DNA of 61,597 nucleotides, counting the filler, from Vannella sp. (taxonomy: Eukaryota): assembly GCA_023345925.1 (NCBI GenBank). It is 6 parts of 6 records of this genome, joined end to end, with 100 filler letters (N's around TTAATTAATTAA, not from the genome) between each part and the next. Parts side by side here need not be neighbours in the genome. Positions count along the whole stretch, not along the records: positions 31,734 to 51,627 come from JAJQQN010000610.1; 5 more parts are not named here. One strand, 5' to 3'. A program made the position numbers and the translations under genes. Under the pieces are notes generated by a model. The model had not been told where the DNA came from. It worked only from the letters and a program-made list of their open reading frames with translations, and made no database searches. Shown piece by piece: positions 33,158 through 46,844 of this stretch; the stretch's first letter is position 1, and every line of letters begins with the position of its first letter.

Positions 33158-34913
33158 CTACATTCCAAGCGGATTGGGCTCTTGATAGCGATAAAAGTAA
33201 GCAATCACCACGAATATAGCAGCGATGAAGAAGATGATTCCCGCAAAGACAAGGAACTCCAAAGCAACATTCTGCATATCAACAAGAGCTACCACGGCCA
33301 CGAGGAGATTGCCAATCGCCACTGTAAAGAACCATGCAGCTGACATGGCTGATTTCATCCGTTTAGGAGCTTGGGTGTATGCAAATTCTATGGCTGTTAC
33401 ACTGAGAGTAATCTCAGCACAAGAAATGAAGAAGAACTGAGGAATCTGCTTTCATGTCAAGAACTGACTTCTATCAACACAACGTTACCGCACCATCCAC
33501 AGAATTGAGATTGTATGGGTTTTCATAACGTATTGTACGCATGCAGCCACCAAGAGAGCGGCTACAGTGAAATAGAGTCCCGCAGCCATCTTTTGTAAGG
33601 GTCTGATTGGTAACTATGGAATCCCCAAATCAAGTCAACTAAATGGTTTCTTGTCAATAGCCAAGCTTACTCCACAATTTTCGAAAGCTGGATAAACACC
33701 CTTTGCTAACAAAGGTATCAGGAAGAGATCCTTCACTTTGTGAGTTGTTCCATTCTAAACTGCTTTGAACAGATACTTACAATCAATGGATTGAGAGATG
33801 TAATGGATCCTGCAGGAATGGTGTATCCAAAGACAGTATTGTCCATGTTCTCTGCCATGAACACCCAAAGAGAGAATATTTGAAAGTAGATGGCCCAAAA
33901 GAACGGCATCGGTCTACATACGTAATTGGTGAACCCTCTCTTCAATTCGAATCAAATCCCTCTTACATGAAGACACGAAGGACACGGAGAACTACTTTGA
34001 TGTCTTCGACATCCTCTTCTGAATACTTTTGCCTGGCAATGTCCAGCCAGTGAGATCCCTTGTTTTTCGGCATATTAAAGCATAAGCAACAGCATGAACC
34101 TTTCACTCCCATCCACAATACGCCAAGGAGGACGTTATACATCCCTCTTTGGGGCTGTACAATGCGGTAATCCTTTTGAAAGAGAGAGAAGAAGATAGCT
34201 GTCACCAATAGAGTGGCTAAGAAGATTGCAAAGAGCAAGCTTGGGTACTTGGCTAACACAAATGGAGCTGCAAAGGTGCTCACTAAGAACTTGAGTTAGA
34301 CTAAATGTCTGTGCCCCATCCAGGGATCCCTACCGATGGACCCAATCTGTGTGAACAAGTAGTACCAAGCGTAGTATGTTGATCTCTCCTTCTCTTGGTG
34401 AGGGAGGAACTGATCACCGAGGAATGCCGAGATACAAGGAATGATGGCGCCATTTCCCACTGTAAAGAGGAAGAGACCGAGCAGAACGCCATATATCAGA
34501 GACTCAAACCAGTAACTAAGACATGAGAAGAGTGTCACCACCACCAAGGAAGCTGTAAGGATCCAAACAGAGACGTTCAGAGCTTGCAACTTGCCAAGAA
34601 GCTCATCCGCAACGATCCCGCCGATCAGACTGAATACGTAGTTCAAAGAGATGAAAGTGTTCACCAAGAACCCACTCCTGCCCTCCGAGAAGCCAAAGGT
34701 CGACTGCAAATAGTCCGCCAACGTCGAGTTGAAGCCGTAGAAGACGAAACTCACCAAACAGTTCAACAGGAGGATGTACTTGACGTATGGGATGTATGTG
34801 CTATGCATCACTACAGATGGAGAAGGCAGTTGATGATCCAACAGCGAGTCGCTGCTCTGATAAACGCGAGGACCAGTGTCCTCGTACTCGCTGTTGAGCG
34901 AGGCCATCCCCAT
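33158..34913 (-). CDS. POT/PTR2 proton-dependent oligopeptide transporter
   Basis: FVFYG, GGIVAD, GNGAIIPCISAFLGDQF, PFFWAIY, EFAYTQAPKRMKS; about five introns. Confidence 0.9.
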
Positions 34914-34984
34914 AATGTACGAAAGGAGTGCTTAGAAAACATGTTTACGATAGCAGTCGCAATGAAGGGGAAGGTGGAGGCTGG

Positions 34985-36323
34985 TTAACCTAAGGCGGAC
35001 TCTCCAACGTAGGTGAAGCCATCGAACTGGGCTTCGTCTCCGTTCAGTGCCGACTCCTCGACGAGGGAGTCGACAGCAGCTTCGGAGGTGAACATGGGGT
35101 CGATTTGATCCGTGTCTTCCTTTCCAAATACAGTGGGCTTGAAGGTGGGCTCAACCTCCTTGCGCTCAAGCTTAGCCCAATCAATCTTGCTGAAGAAAGG
35201 ATGGTTCTTGACCGCGTCAAAGTCCATTCCCATGCGTTTGGAAGGCTCACGAGTCAGGAACTATCATAAAGTTAGTATACTGCTTCATAGTGTGAGGGAG
35301 GAACCGTACGCCTTCCAGAAGGCTGCAAGCATCCGCTGACATGGTTTCAGGGAAGCGAAGCTCTCCATTGAGGATCTTTTGGTACATGATATTGATGTTC
35401 TGTGAGTAGAATGGAGGGAGGCCTGTCAGCATCTCATAAATGAGCGTTCCCAAGCTCCACCAGTCCACTGGGCAACCGTGGCCTTGTCCTTTGAGAACCT
35501 CGGGAGCGAGGTACTCAGGAGTTCCACAGAAGGTGTGAGTGACCTCATCAGAGCTAATCTCCTTCGACAAGCCAAAGTCTGTGATGCAGATGTGCCCTAC
35601 AAAGGAACAAGTGAGTAACCGGTGTGGAGGTGCAGGGGGAGTAATACGTACCCTCGTTATCGATGAGAATGTTCTCAGGCTTCAAATCTCGGTATACGAT
35701 ATCGTGAGAGTGCAGGTGGTGAAGAGCGAGGGCAATCTCAGCCGCATAGAGACGGACACGTTCCTCATCAAACTTTCCTTCCTTCTTCAAGTGGAAGAAG
35801 AGCTCTCCTCCGTTAACAAAGTCCAGGACCATGTAAAGCTTGTCCTCTGTCTGGAAGGCAAAGTGCAGTGAGACGATGAAAGGGTGACGGATCTTCTGGA
35901 GGATCGCCTTCTCAGCGCGTGTGTGGTCGACTTGCTTGCGTGCAACAATAGCCTCCTTGCGGAGCACCTTCATAGCATAGATTTGACCGTCGTCCTTCTT
36001 CTTGACTTGCATAACCTGGAGGCAACGGCATAGTCACGTGAGCAAGGGGAAGTGGTCAGAGGAGGAAAGTAGGCGCTCACCTTTCCGAAGCTTCCTTTAC
36101 CAATCACCTTGAGGAGCTCAAAGTCCTCTACGCCGACCTTTTGGTCGTTATCAGCGAACAGAACAGGCGACTCCCAATCCACGTCTTTCTTCTTGTCCGC
36201 CGCAGGGGCAGGCGAAGACGCAGCTGTGGAGGCAGCTGGAGCTTTCGTCTGTGCAGGAGCCTCTTCCTTGCCTCCCTTGCTGGGTTTCTCCCCCTTTCCG
36301 CCCTTGCTTTGCTTCTGGCCCAT
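34985..36323 (-). CDS. AGC kinase, PKB/SGK-like, N-myristoylated and without PH domain (PKBR1-like)
   Basis: [38 protein letters not shown], hydrophobic motif FDGFTY. Confidence 0.92.
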
Positions 36324-36451
36324 GGATGGGAGAACGAGGGAAAGGAGAAAGTGAGATCAACTTGTGCCAAAAATAAACGACCCAATTAGAAGAGGAAGAG
36401 GAATTGACACGGGTCGAATTAATTATCATCGAGATGAGGTGTTTAGAGAGG

Positions 36452-37980
36452 TTAGATGAATCCAAAGCGCTTCTTCTTCTTCTTCTTCTCGCCATCTTCT
36501 CCTTCTCCTTCCTTCTTGCTGCTACTCTTCTTGGAGGAAGAAGACGATTTCTTGTCGTCTCCTTCTGTCTTGGAGCGAGATCGGCTGGGCTTCTTCTCGG
36601 CTTTAGCCTCCTTTTCCTCCTTTCGCTTTCTTCGGCGCTCCTTCTTCTCTTCCTCAGTTTCACCTTCTCGTTTGCTCGATTTGCGTGAAGAAGACGATTT
36701 CTTCTCCTCTACAACTTCCTTCTTGGTGCTGCTCTTCTTCGCACCACTGCTGCTGCTGACCTTCTTCGAAGATGAAGAGGACTTGGAGTCCTTTGAAGAG
36801 GACTTGGTAGCCTTCGCTACTGGGGCTTCTTCTTCCTCTTCCTTGCTATCTAAAGCAGCCTGGATGACCTTCTCGAACACTAGTTGGAGATTTTTGCCTG
36901 TTAACGGTGATGTTTCAATGTAGGCCACTGCTCCAATCTCCTTCGCAAGCTCTTCTCCCTTTGTCTTGGTCAGAAAGTGACATTGGGAATGAGATGTGCT
37001 CACCTCTGCCGTTGTGATCTCCTCATACTTGGTCAAGGAGGGATCGGTTATCTTCTGCTCGCGCATGTCGAGCTTAGTTCCCACCAAGATCTTGGGAATG
37101 CCTTCAATGTAGTGATTGATCTCAGGGTTCCACTGAACAGTTCACAGTCTTGTTAGCAAGGTTCTCCAGGTGATTTGTGAGTGACCAACCTTCATGCGGA
37201 TGGCGTCGAAGGTCGATTCGTTGACCAGTGAGAAGCAGAGGATGACAACTTCAGTTCCAGGGTAACTCAAAGGCCGGAGGCGGTCGTAATCCTCTTGACC
37301 TAGAAGTTCGCTGTCAGGGGACTGTCGAAGATCTGGACAGGTTTAAGTGGAGGGGCTAATTATAACATACCAGCAGTATCCCACATATGAAGAAGGAAGG
37401 GGTCTCCTTTGTACTTGGTCTCGTAGGTGTAGTTCTCGAAAACGGTGGGAACGTATCTGCAAAGCAGGAAGACTCCCAATCAACACGAGATCCACATGAA
37501 GATAGCTGAGTTGGTCTCAGTGAGGCATACTCACTCTTGAGGGAATTTTCCAGACGTGTAGGTGATGAAGAGGCAGGTCTTGCCTGCGCTCCTGTCAGTC
37601 AAGAGACCGATAAAGGGCCTCTGGTGTACATACCGACAGCTCCGTCACCAACAACCACAACTTTTGCCCTTCGGTCGGTATCTTCGTCGTCATCTCCCTG
37701 GTTCAAGAGCGTCAGAAACAGGAGTCGGCAAAAAGGGAGTCTCCTCACCTCATCCATCTCCTCCGCCCTCTTTTTGATCGACTTTAGGAGCTCTATCACC
37801 TCTGCATCATCCGCATCTATCGTCCAGGTATCAGGGACGTTCTTCTCCCCTTCTGTCGTCCACTTACGCTTCTCCCACTCCACCCCCTGAGCGAACTCAA
37901 TCAAAGCTGCCTCCTAACAAGTCCACTATGCATCAGCGACATCCCTTCTGTCGTCAAATCATCAAACTCACGTCCGACAT
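36452..37980 (-). CDS. Atypical Rho/Rac GTPase with N-terminal extension and long Ser/Lys tail
   Basis: [33 protein letters not shown] and VGTKLD across about seven introns. Confidence 0.9.
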
Positions 37981-38216
37981 GAGGAGAAGGGGTCAGACAC
38001 AGCCCGCCCCGACGAAAGTGTCTAAAAAAAGCCCAACCGCCATGCCTTGCCCTCCATTAAATCGCATTAATTCTATCAATGGGAAAGACATCGGGCAAAC
38101 TCTGTCAAACACATTCGGGCGGGAACGATGTGTAAACGACGAAAGTTTGGGAGTTTTGCGCGGGGCGGGTTCACTCTTGTTTCTCCCTCAACGAAACACT
38201 ACCCCCCGCTTTCACT

Positions 38217-39569
38217 ATGAGAGAAGTTATTTCAATTCACGTTGGCCAAGGTGGTGTCCAAGTCGGTAACGCCTGCTGGGAGCTGTACTGCCTCGAACAC
38301 GGGATCCAGCCTGATGGCCGAGTCGAGGGTGACCATGATGATCATGCTTTTTCCACCTTTTTCAGTGAGACTGGTCGTGGCAAGTACGTTCCTCGATGCT
38401 GCTTCATCGATCTGGAGCCCACTGTTGTTGATGAGGTCCGAACTGGAACCTACCGCAACTTGTTCCACCCTGAGCAGTTGATCACTGGAAAGGAAGACGC
38501 AGCCAACAACTATGCTCGTGGCCACTACACCGTTGGCAAGGAGCTGGTTGATACTTGCATGGACAAAATCCGAAAGCTTGCTGACCAGTGCAGTGGACTC
38601 CAAGGCTTCTTAGTCTTCCAGTCTGTTGGTGGTGGAACCGGCTCTGGTTTCGGATCTCTCTTGTTGGAGCACCTTTCCACCGATTACGGCAAGAAGAGCA
38701 AGTTGGACTTCTGCGTCTACCCTTCTCCTCACTTGTCTACCTCCGTGGTGGAGCCTTACAACTCTGTGTTGTCTACTCACTCCCTCTTGGAGCACGCTGA
38801 TGTTGCCTTCATGTTGGACAATGAAGCCATCTACGATATCTGCAAGCGCTCTCTCGGTATCGCTCACCCAACTTACACCAACCTGAACCGCCTGATCGCT
38901 CAGGTCATCTCATCTTTGACTGCTTCTCTTCGCTTCGATGGAGCCCTCAACGTGGACATGAACGAGTTCCAGACCAACTTGGTGCCATACCCTAGAATCC
39001 ACTTTATGCTGTGCTCTTACGCTCCCGTCATCTCTGCTGAGAAGGCTTACCTTGAGAAGCTCTCCGTTGGCGAGCTTACCAACGCCGTCTTTGAGCCCGC
39101 AAACATGATGGCCAAGTGCGACCCCCGTCATGGCAAGTACATGGCGTGCTGCTTGATGTACCGTGGTGACGTTGTCCCTCGCGAGGTTTCCACCGCCGTT
39201 GCCAACATCAAGACGAAGAGCTCCGTCAAGTTCGTCGATTGGTCCCCCACCGGCTTCAAGTGCGGTATCAACTACCAGCCCCCCACTCAAGTCCCTGGAG
39301 GAGACTTGGCCCAGGTTAACCGCGCCTTGTGCATGATCTCCAACACCACTGCCATCGCTGAGGTGTTCTCCCGCATTGACCACAAGTTCGACCTTATGTA
39401 CTCCAAGCGCGCCTTCGTCCACTGGTTCGTTGGAGAGGGTATGGAGGAAGGTGAGTTCTCTGAGGCTCGTGAGGATCTCGCTGCTTTGGAGAAGGACTAC
39501 GAGGAGGTTGGTCTCGACACTGCCGAAGGTGGCGATGACGCTGGCTTCGACGATGCTGGTTTCGAGTAA
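38217..39569 (+). CDS. tubA: Alpha-tubulin
   Basis: [41 protein letters not shown]; intronless. Confidence 0.98.
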   Translation: MREVISIHVGQGGVQVGNACWELYCLEHGIQPDGRVEGDHDDHAFSTFFSETGRGKYVPRCCFIDLEPTVVDEVRTGTYRNLFHPEQLITGKEDAANNYARGHYTVGKELVDTCMDKIRKLADQCSGLQGFLVFQSVGGGTGSGFGSLLLEHLSTDYGKKSKLDFCVYPSPHLSTSVVEPYNSVLSTHSLLEHADVAFMLDNEAIYDICKRSLGIAHPTYTNLNRLIAQVISSLTASLRFDGALNVDMNEFQTNLVPYPRIHFMLCSYAPVISAEKAYLEKLSVGELTNAVFEPANMMAKCDPRHGKYMACCLMYRGDVVPREVSTAVANIKTKSSVKFVDWSPTGFKCGINYQPPTQVPGGDLAQVNRALCMISNTTAIAEVFSRIDHKFDLMYSKRAFVHWFVGEGMEEGEFSEAREDLAALEKDYEEVGLDTAEGGDDAGFDDAGFE

Positions 39570-39657
39570 ACACCCAATTTTAAAGTCTCCTTCTTATCAC
39601 ACTTGTTCTCAGCCAGGCCCGCCAAGCAAGTATCCGGCTTCATTCTTGGAGGGAGGA

Positions 39658-41400
39658 ATGAGGGCGCCCTCCTTCTTGGTGGCGTTTGCCCTTTTGTTGG
39701 GATTGTGCGCGACTGGCCTCTCTCAAAGCAGCTGCCGCTTCGCCATGAACTACACTGTGGATACTCTCCTGCATGACGAAGCAGCGCAGGAGCAGTTCAT
39801 CAAAGACGTGGCTTATTGGGAAGGGAACTTTGCCACGCATGGCGTTGGGCTCAACGACTTCTCTGGGCTTGTGTACGACGGACATGGTATCGAGGTGTGT
39901 CTGAACCGCAGGTCCTCTCCACTCTATGACTCACCGAAAGCCAGTATTCATCCGGATTGCCAGCTCCTGGCCTTCTTCATTGGTGGTCCGCTCCTTCCAA
40001 GGAGTCTATTCACTTTATTATCCTCGCTAAAGCCCTCCAAGGCCATCCATTGGCTCTGACTTTCGTCTGCAATCACTGTGCCACGGCAGAAGAGCAACTT
40101 TCTCGCGCCATTCTCCTTCTTACGAACAAGATGACCTCTTTTGAGGCCTTTAACAAGGCTTATCCTGGGTTTGGAGGTCAGTTCGTATCCTAACGGTACC
40201 TTGTTGTCCTAGTAGTGATGCAAACGCAGGGTTTCTTCCTTGGATTGCTGTGAATGACTCTGGATGCGTTCCTGACAGCGGATGGGTGCGTTATTGGCTC
40301 AACCAAGGTGGATGACTCATAACCGAAAGCAGGAAAACCAAGTGCCTGCTTTAGACAATGGAGAATGGGTTTGGGGCCTTCGGGCAGTCATTTACCAACT
40401 CAAACAGATGAAAGGATACGATGTCTTGCTCCAACGCTATCAGAACTACTTTGACATGCTTGCTAAGAATGTTGTTATGATCTTCTATGATGGTGAAGGC
40501 CTGGTACGGGCTGTCACTCAGATACGAGATACTCAGGCATCTCCTGTTCGCCGGAATTACTTTCAGCAGAGGCCATGCGGCCGGCCTTGTTATCTTGACG
40601 ACCCATACGAAGGCGAAATGATAACTTTCTTCATGTACCTCTACGGAGATTGGAATGGCCGAGAGCAAGGACCGGAGAAGCTTTGGGTAGTCAAACGACC
40701 AAAGCTTCAGGCGGTGAACTTTCAAGTCAATCCCCAGCAGAACATTACCGTCCAGCGGGGTTGGTGGTTCTCTGCGCACGAGCAATGGAAGTATCTTGAG
40801 TTACCTTATTTGGATTCATCGATCAATCGAAGAGTCTTTTTGAACGGCGAACGCGCGCGGTCTTGGAATTCGGTCATCAACGGCTACCCTGGCATGTTTG
40901 CATCTGTTAATGATGTCGCGACCCCTCCAAGTCTTGTCATTCCTGACTATTTGTCGAGCGTTGGGATTCCTTCCATTGCCTTTGAGGAAGTGACTAAGTA
41001 CACAACAATTACCCCATATGGCTGCTTCCCCCTCTTCCTCACTGGCAATAGAGGTGTTGCACTTTCGTGGTACCTGACAATGTTGCAAGGGCCAAGTATG
41101 CAAGGCCCATTTGGAAGTACTGAAGCATGCAATGTGACTGGTACTGCCGTCAGCCCTGTCCTCACTTGGGATGCAAAGATCACAACCTTTGCTGCAATGA
41201 TTGGTGGCATGTCGGATATCACACGGGCAGCGTTACAAGAAGATGGCCTTTATAATCAGTTCCTGCAAAGGGTGGATAACGAATGGAACTTGAAATTCGG
41301 AGGCGATGTTCTTCAAGGCGAAGACCTTCCTTTCCAAATTCCGAATACTCGAGTCCCTTACCCTTCATCTCTTGGAGATTTCTCCACCTGCCAAGTCTAA
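39658..41400 (+). CDS. Secreted endo-beta-1,2-glucanase (GH162-like)
   Basis: Signal peptide, YWEGNF, SAPSKES, YPGFGG, VPALDNGE, LDDPYEGE, WFSAHEQWKYLELPY; three introns. Confidence 0.75.
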
Positions 41401-42145
41401 AGTTTCCGTCTTGCGTTAGTGATAAGATAGGAGGGGCTTCCACTGTTTCCGGTTGAAGGATAGTCACCACCTTCTGCATTTCAAAGTCCTGGAAAAGCAG
41501 CTAAGAATGTCTGTGACCTCTCGATTAGGATGGTGGAGTGCTTTCCTTGTAGACTAAAGGCCACAGACTGTGTGGCCCAACTCGTGGCATCCATGTCTCA
41601 GGGGAACAGATCAACGACTCTCATACACGCAGTTCCGATGCTGGAATGAAAGGGATGTTCACCGAGTGACTCCGCAACTTGACAAGAGCTCAGAACGAGA
41701 ACGGGAGTGCCGGCCTTTCCCTCTTTCTTAGGACTCCACAGGCTCTTTCAGAGCTTTTCAGGGGATGCGTTCTTGAAACTGCGGAGAAGCTCGTTCATCT
41801 GACCCAAGTTAACCCTCCGACAAAGCAAATCAACGTGCTCCTCTTGAGGGGAAGTCAGTTCTCCTCGGGGTTCAGCTGGTGGGCCTCCCGAGCAAGTCGA
41901 CAAGCCTTTCTCATCAGCAAAGGGCAAATCTTGCGCAAGAACTAGTTCCCTCAAGACTCAAATTCAATGCACTTCACTCCTACTGGAACTACAAGAGGCT
42001 TCGTTCATCCCCTTGTCGCTGTGCAACACCTTTTGCTATCTCCTAAAAGATGGCCATCAAGGAAAGCAAGGGTTTCCTGATCCTCTCAAAGCGGGCACCA
42101 AACCCGCTTCACTCATTCTCATTGTGGGAATGACTTTAAACAGAA

Positions 42146-45100
42146 TTACTTTTCGTTCACTTTGGTGTGCGCTGGAGGACTGATCTTGTGATGAATGTGT
42201 TTGATGATAAAGACGGGGAGGACCGCCAATCCTGTGATTGCTCCAACTCGCAGCCAGAACCTCCAAGTGGAAGCATACGCAAGATCTGATTCGAATGGTT
42301 AGACGCTGTCAAGTGCCACTAAAATTCAGGAGTACGTACGGTAATATCCTGGGAGAATAAGGATGCACAGAGGGATGAGGGCAAAGGTTGACACCTCAGC
42401 GAGCACCAAAAGCGGGTGCCATTTGCTGACAATCATGACAATATTCAGTAACTCAACAAGAACCAGGGCAGTGAAGGTCACAGAAGAAACATCAACGAGA
42501 TTGAGGTCAAAGAAGATGCCTGCAAACATGATTGCGGATGCTTGGTAGAGAGTAATGAGCATCCACACGGAAAAGGTTTTCTTTGATAATGCACGCCCTT
42601 TCCGTAGTTCTTGATAGAGTTCTGGATAAATCAGGGCCGCTTGTTCTGTTACATCTCCATTCAGGCACAATGCAAAGACGGGTGCAGCTGTGTACCACAT
42701 AGAATAACCCAAAACCAGCATACCAGTGTAAACAACGACTGGGCTCAAGTAGAAGACAGCAGACCAGATGAATTGGATGAGCGCCATGATAGATCCACGG
42801 TGGATGATGTACTGGCTCATTGTGGCCGAGTTGAGGTACGAGTTTCGTCCGTGCCACAATAGGATCTTTGTGATATCTTTGAATCGCAGGACAGAGTAGT
42901 CCGCTGCCAAAGAGGCTTGTTTACCTTCTTTCCCAACAATTCCGACACCAATGTTGGCTGCTTGGATCATGCTAACATCATTTCCGCCATCTCCAATTGA
43001 GGCACATTGCAGGCCGCTGAGGTCTCGGATCATGTTGACTACTTCCGCCTTCTGGGTTGGAGAACAGCGACAGCAAACCACAGCAGGTGCACTCTTTGCA
43101 GAGGCATAGAACTCACTGCGAAGTTCAGCAAGAAGAATAGCCAGCGAGTTTCCATCCACCACCAAGATCGTATCGTAAGTGTTACTGAACTCTTGCAGTT
43201 GGCGATGGCCGTCGGACACCTTTGTGAACTCCATTTGGTAGAACGAGTGGTTTCTGGCTGCCAACTTGGAGCTGATGGCAATGCAGGTAGCTGTCTCGCG
43301 CTTATCACCTGTGAGCATCCAAATCTTGATTCCAGCATTGCGGAGGGACTCAAGGCTTGATCTAATGTCTTCTTGGAGCAAGTCTTCGACTCCTGTGAGG
43401 CCCACAAGATCAAGTCCTTCTTCAAGTTTTTCGATGGCTTCGTTGACAAGTTCATCACGATTATCGATGGACTCCTTCGCTTCTTTGTACTCAATACGGA
43501 AGTGCTCGTAGTCCTCCTGGGTGAGCATCTTTTGGCCAAACACAAGCGTTCTTAGTCCTTCGCGAGCAAGATCGTTACATTCCTCTCGAAGCCAATCGGA
43601 CTCCTTGACGATGCCCTCCATAATCACGTCAGCGCCTTTCATGAAGAATCTGATCTCGCCAGTCTCGCAGCTGCGGATGATGATGCCCATTCTTTTGCGC
43701 TCCGAGGAGAAGGGAAACACTTCCAGGATCTCGTATCTCTCCAACTCTCCGAGGGGGTTCTTCAGCGCCATTGTAGTCTGCGTTCGTTCCCACAGGGTCA
43801 TTCCAACGGTTTCTGTGAATTTCACCAAAGCTACTTCGTCAGGACTGGAGGCTTGGTAGTCAAGTGCTTTCTTTGATCCTTTCTTTGGGTGGATAGGAGT
43901 CACATTATGGCACAGCGCTAACGCCAAAATGGCTTCCTTGACCAGTTTGTCGACTTGGACTCGATTCACCTGCTTCAGTTTCGACTTCTTCCCCGACTCT
44001 TTCTCGTTGGGCTGCTCGTTTTCTGAATACGCACTGTTCAGCAGAGTTCCAATATCACCGAGGGATTCGACGCTGAAGTTGGCAGCTCCCAGGTTGAGCC
44101 GCTTGAAGATCATTTCTGCTCACATTCATTAGCCAATGCCCCTGCTACCTGGCATCCACATGAGTGCATACCGTTCTGCGTGAAAGTTCCAGTCTTGTCC
44201 GAGAGGAGGAAGGAAATACGGCCCAGTTCTTCCGGAATAGTCGTGTTACGGACAACGCATCCCGGGATATCCGTATCAGTCACAATTAGCCAGGCGTAGA
44301 CGAATTTGGCGACCTCCAAGTTGACGCTCATGCTAATGGGGATGAAAGCGGACACAAGAACAAGGAATCGGAAGAAGTTCAACCACCAAACGCCCTTAAA
44401 GAAGCCAAAAACAACCAGGAGGATACTCAGGGTCAGTTGGATCACGAAGAGTGCAATCGTGAAGCGCTGAATTTCACCATCGAGAACTCCCTTCTTAGTT
44501 TCGGGAGTGCTGGTATTCAGCACGCTACGAGTGTCACTCCCAGTGTACACAACAAGGCCGACAATCGTGTCCGTTGCTAAAACAGTGGAGGACCAAAGAG
44601 TGTTCTCAAGATTCAACGAATCGACGTTCTTGCTCTGCAGTCAGCTACAGCACTGCCCTTTGGGGGAGAACGGGACCTACGTGGGGATTGGAAGTGGTGA
44701 CCTTGCCGACAAAGTCGTAAATGTCCTTCCTTGGCGCCTCTGCGTACATCTCGCCCTTGATTCGGTAGAGCTCTTCTGGACTCATTGCTTGAGTGGTAGG
44801 GACAGCGAGACTACAAGGAGTATCAGTAATGTGGATGGTGAGCAAAGGGAGGCGTACCGTAGCTTCCAGTCCGTTTCTCCGTCGAGCTGATCCGTTCTCA
44901 CGAAAGAAGCGCCAGTTGCTGCAGATGTCTTGACCAGGATCATGTCGGCAGGGATACGGTGATCACATTCTACTTGGATGAAGTGGCCGACCTTGATATC
45001 CGAAGCTTTGATGGGAACAAACTCGCCATTGCGGGTGAGGCGCTTGTACTTCTCCGAGTTGACCTCACGGTCTCGCATCATACGCTTAATGTCAAGGTAG

Positions 45101-45688
45101 CCCTCCATAGCAATAGACAGACCCACAACAAACGCCAAGGGAGCAGCGTAGGTGAAGACAGGCCCTTCCTTTGCAATCAATTTCACCTCATCAAGGAGAA
45201 GAGGACGTTATCTTACCCACAGACAGGACTGGGATGAACTGACTGACAGTAAGGATGAGATAGTACTATCTTATGTGTCAGATCGAGCCTCCTCTTGGTA
45301 TCATAAGGGAGGGAGCTGGGACGTACAAAGTTGATAAAGGAGCTGAATTGCTCGTAGAGGGTGATTGGGAGGAAGCTCCACACGGAGTACTTTTGGTTGC
45401 GAATGACGTTGAGGGGATAGGCTTTCCCAGAAGGGTTCCTGGCTTCCTCTCCGTTAACAGTGATCGTGCGGGGCTGGCCTGGTTTGGTGCGCCAGCGTCG
45501 GAATCTCTCTTTGATAGAAAGCTTCTGCTTTGGGGGTGGCTGATTATAATCCTGAGACTGTCAGAGAGTGCTCCCAGGTTAGGCTACACCTGCCACTGAT
45601 GTGCAAAGGCTGCAGCACTGGAAGAGAGAGAACTCACGGCATGCAAAAGGGGCTGCATTTCCTTCCCTTTGAAAGAAGCCTGTGACAT
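42146..45688 (-). CDS. P4-ATPase phospholipid flippase (ATP9/Neo1 class)
   Basis: TDQLDGETDWKLR, LSDKTGT, YQASSPDEVALV, WMLTGDK, CCRCSPTQKA, IGDGGNDVSMIQ. Confidence 0.95.
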
Positions 45689-45805
45689 GAAACAGAGCGC
45701 CTTCACCCACCAAGAGCCACTGAGACCCTAAAGCCAACAACAAATGCCATCCATCCTTTGAATTCTCCAAAAGAAATTTCCAATCTAAGGAGCAAAGATT
45801 TGTGA

Positions 45806-46762
<957 letters not shown>

Positions 46763-46844
46763 AAATTTCCAGGAATTTTACAAAATATTTTTGCTTTGCT
46801 TCCTCCTTCTCTCGAGCCATTCTTTCGGTTCCTCCTTCCTGTGG

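Noticed and set aside
41420..42060. Fragmentary minus-strand ORFs between GH162 and the flippase
   Set aside because: They contain stops and no motif I can name; possibly a decayed gene but unsupported
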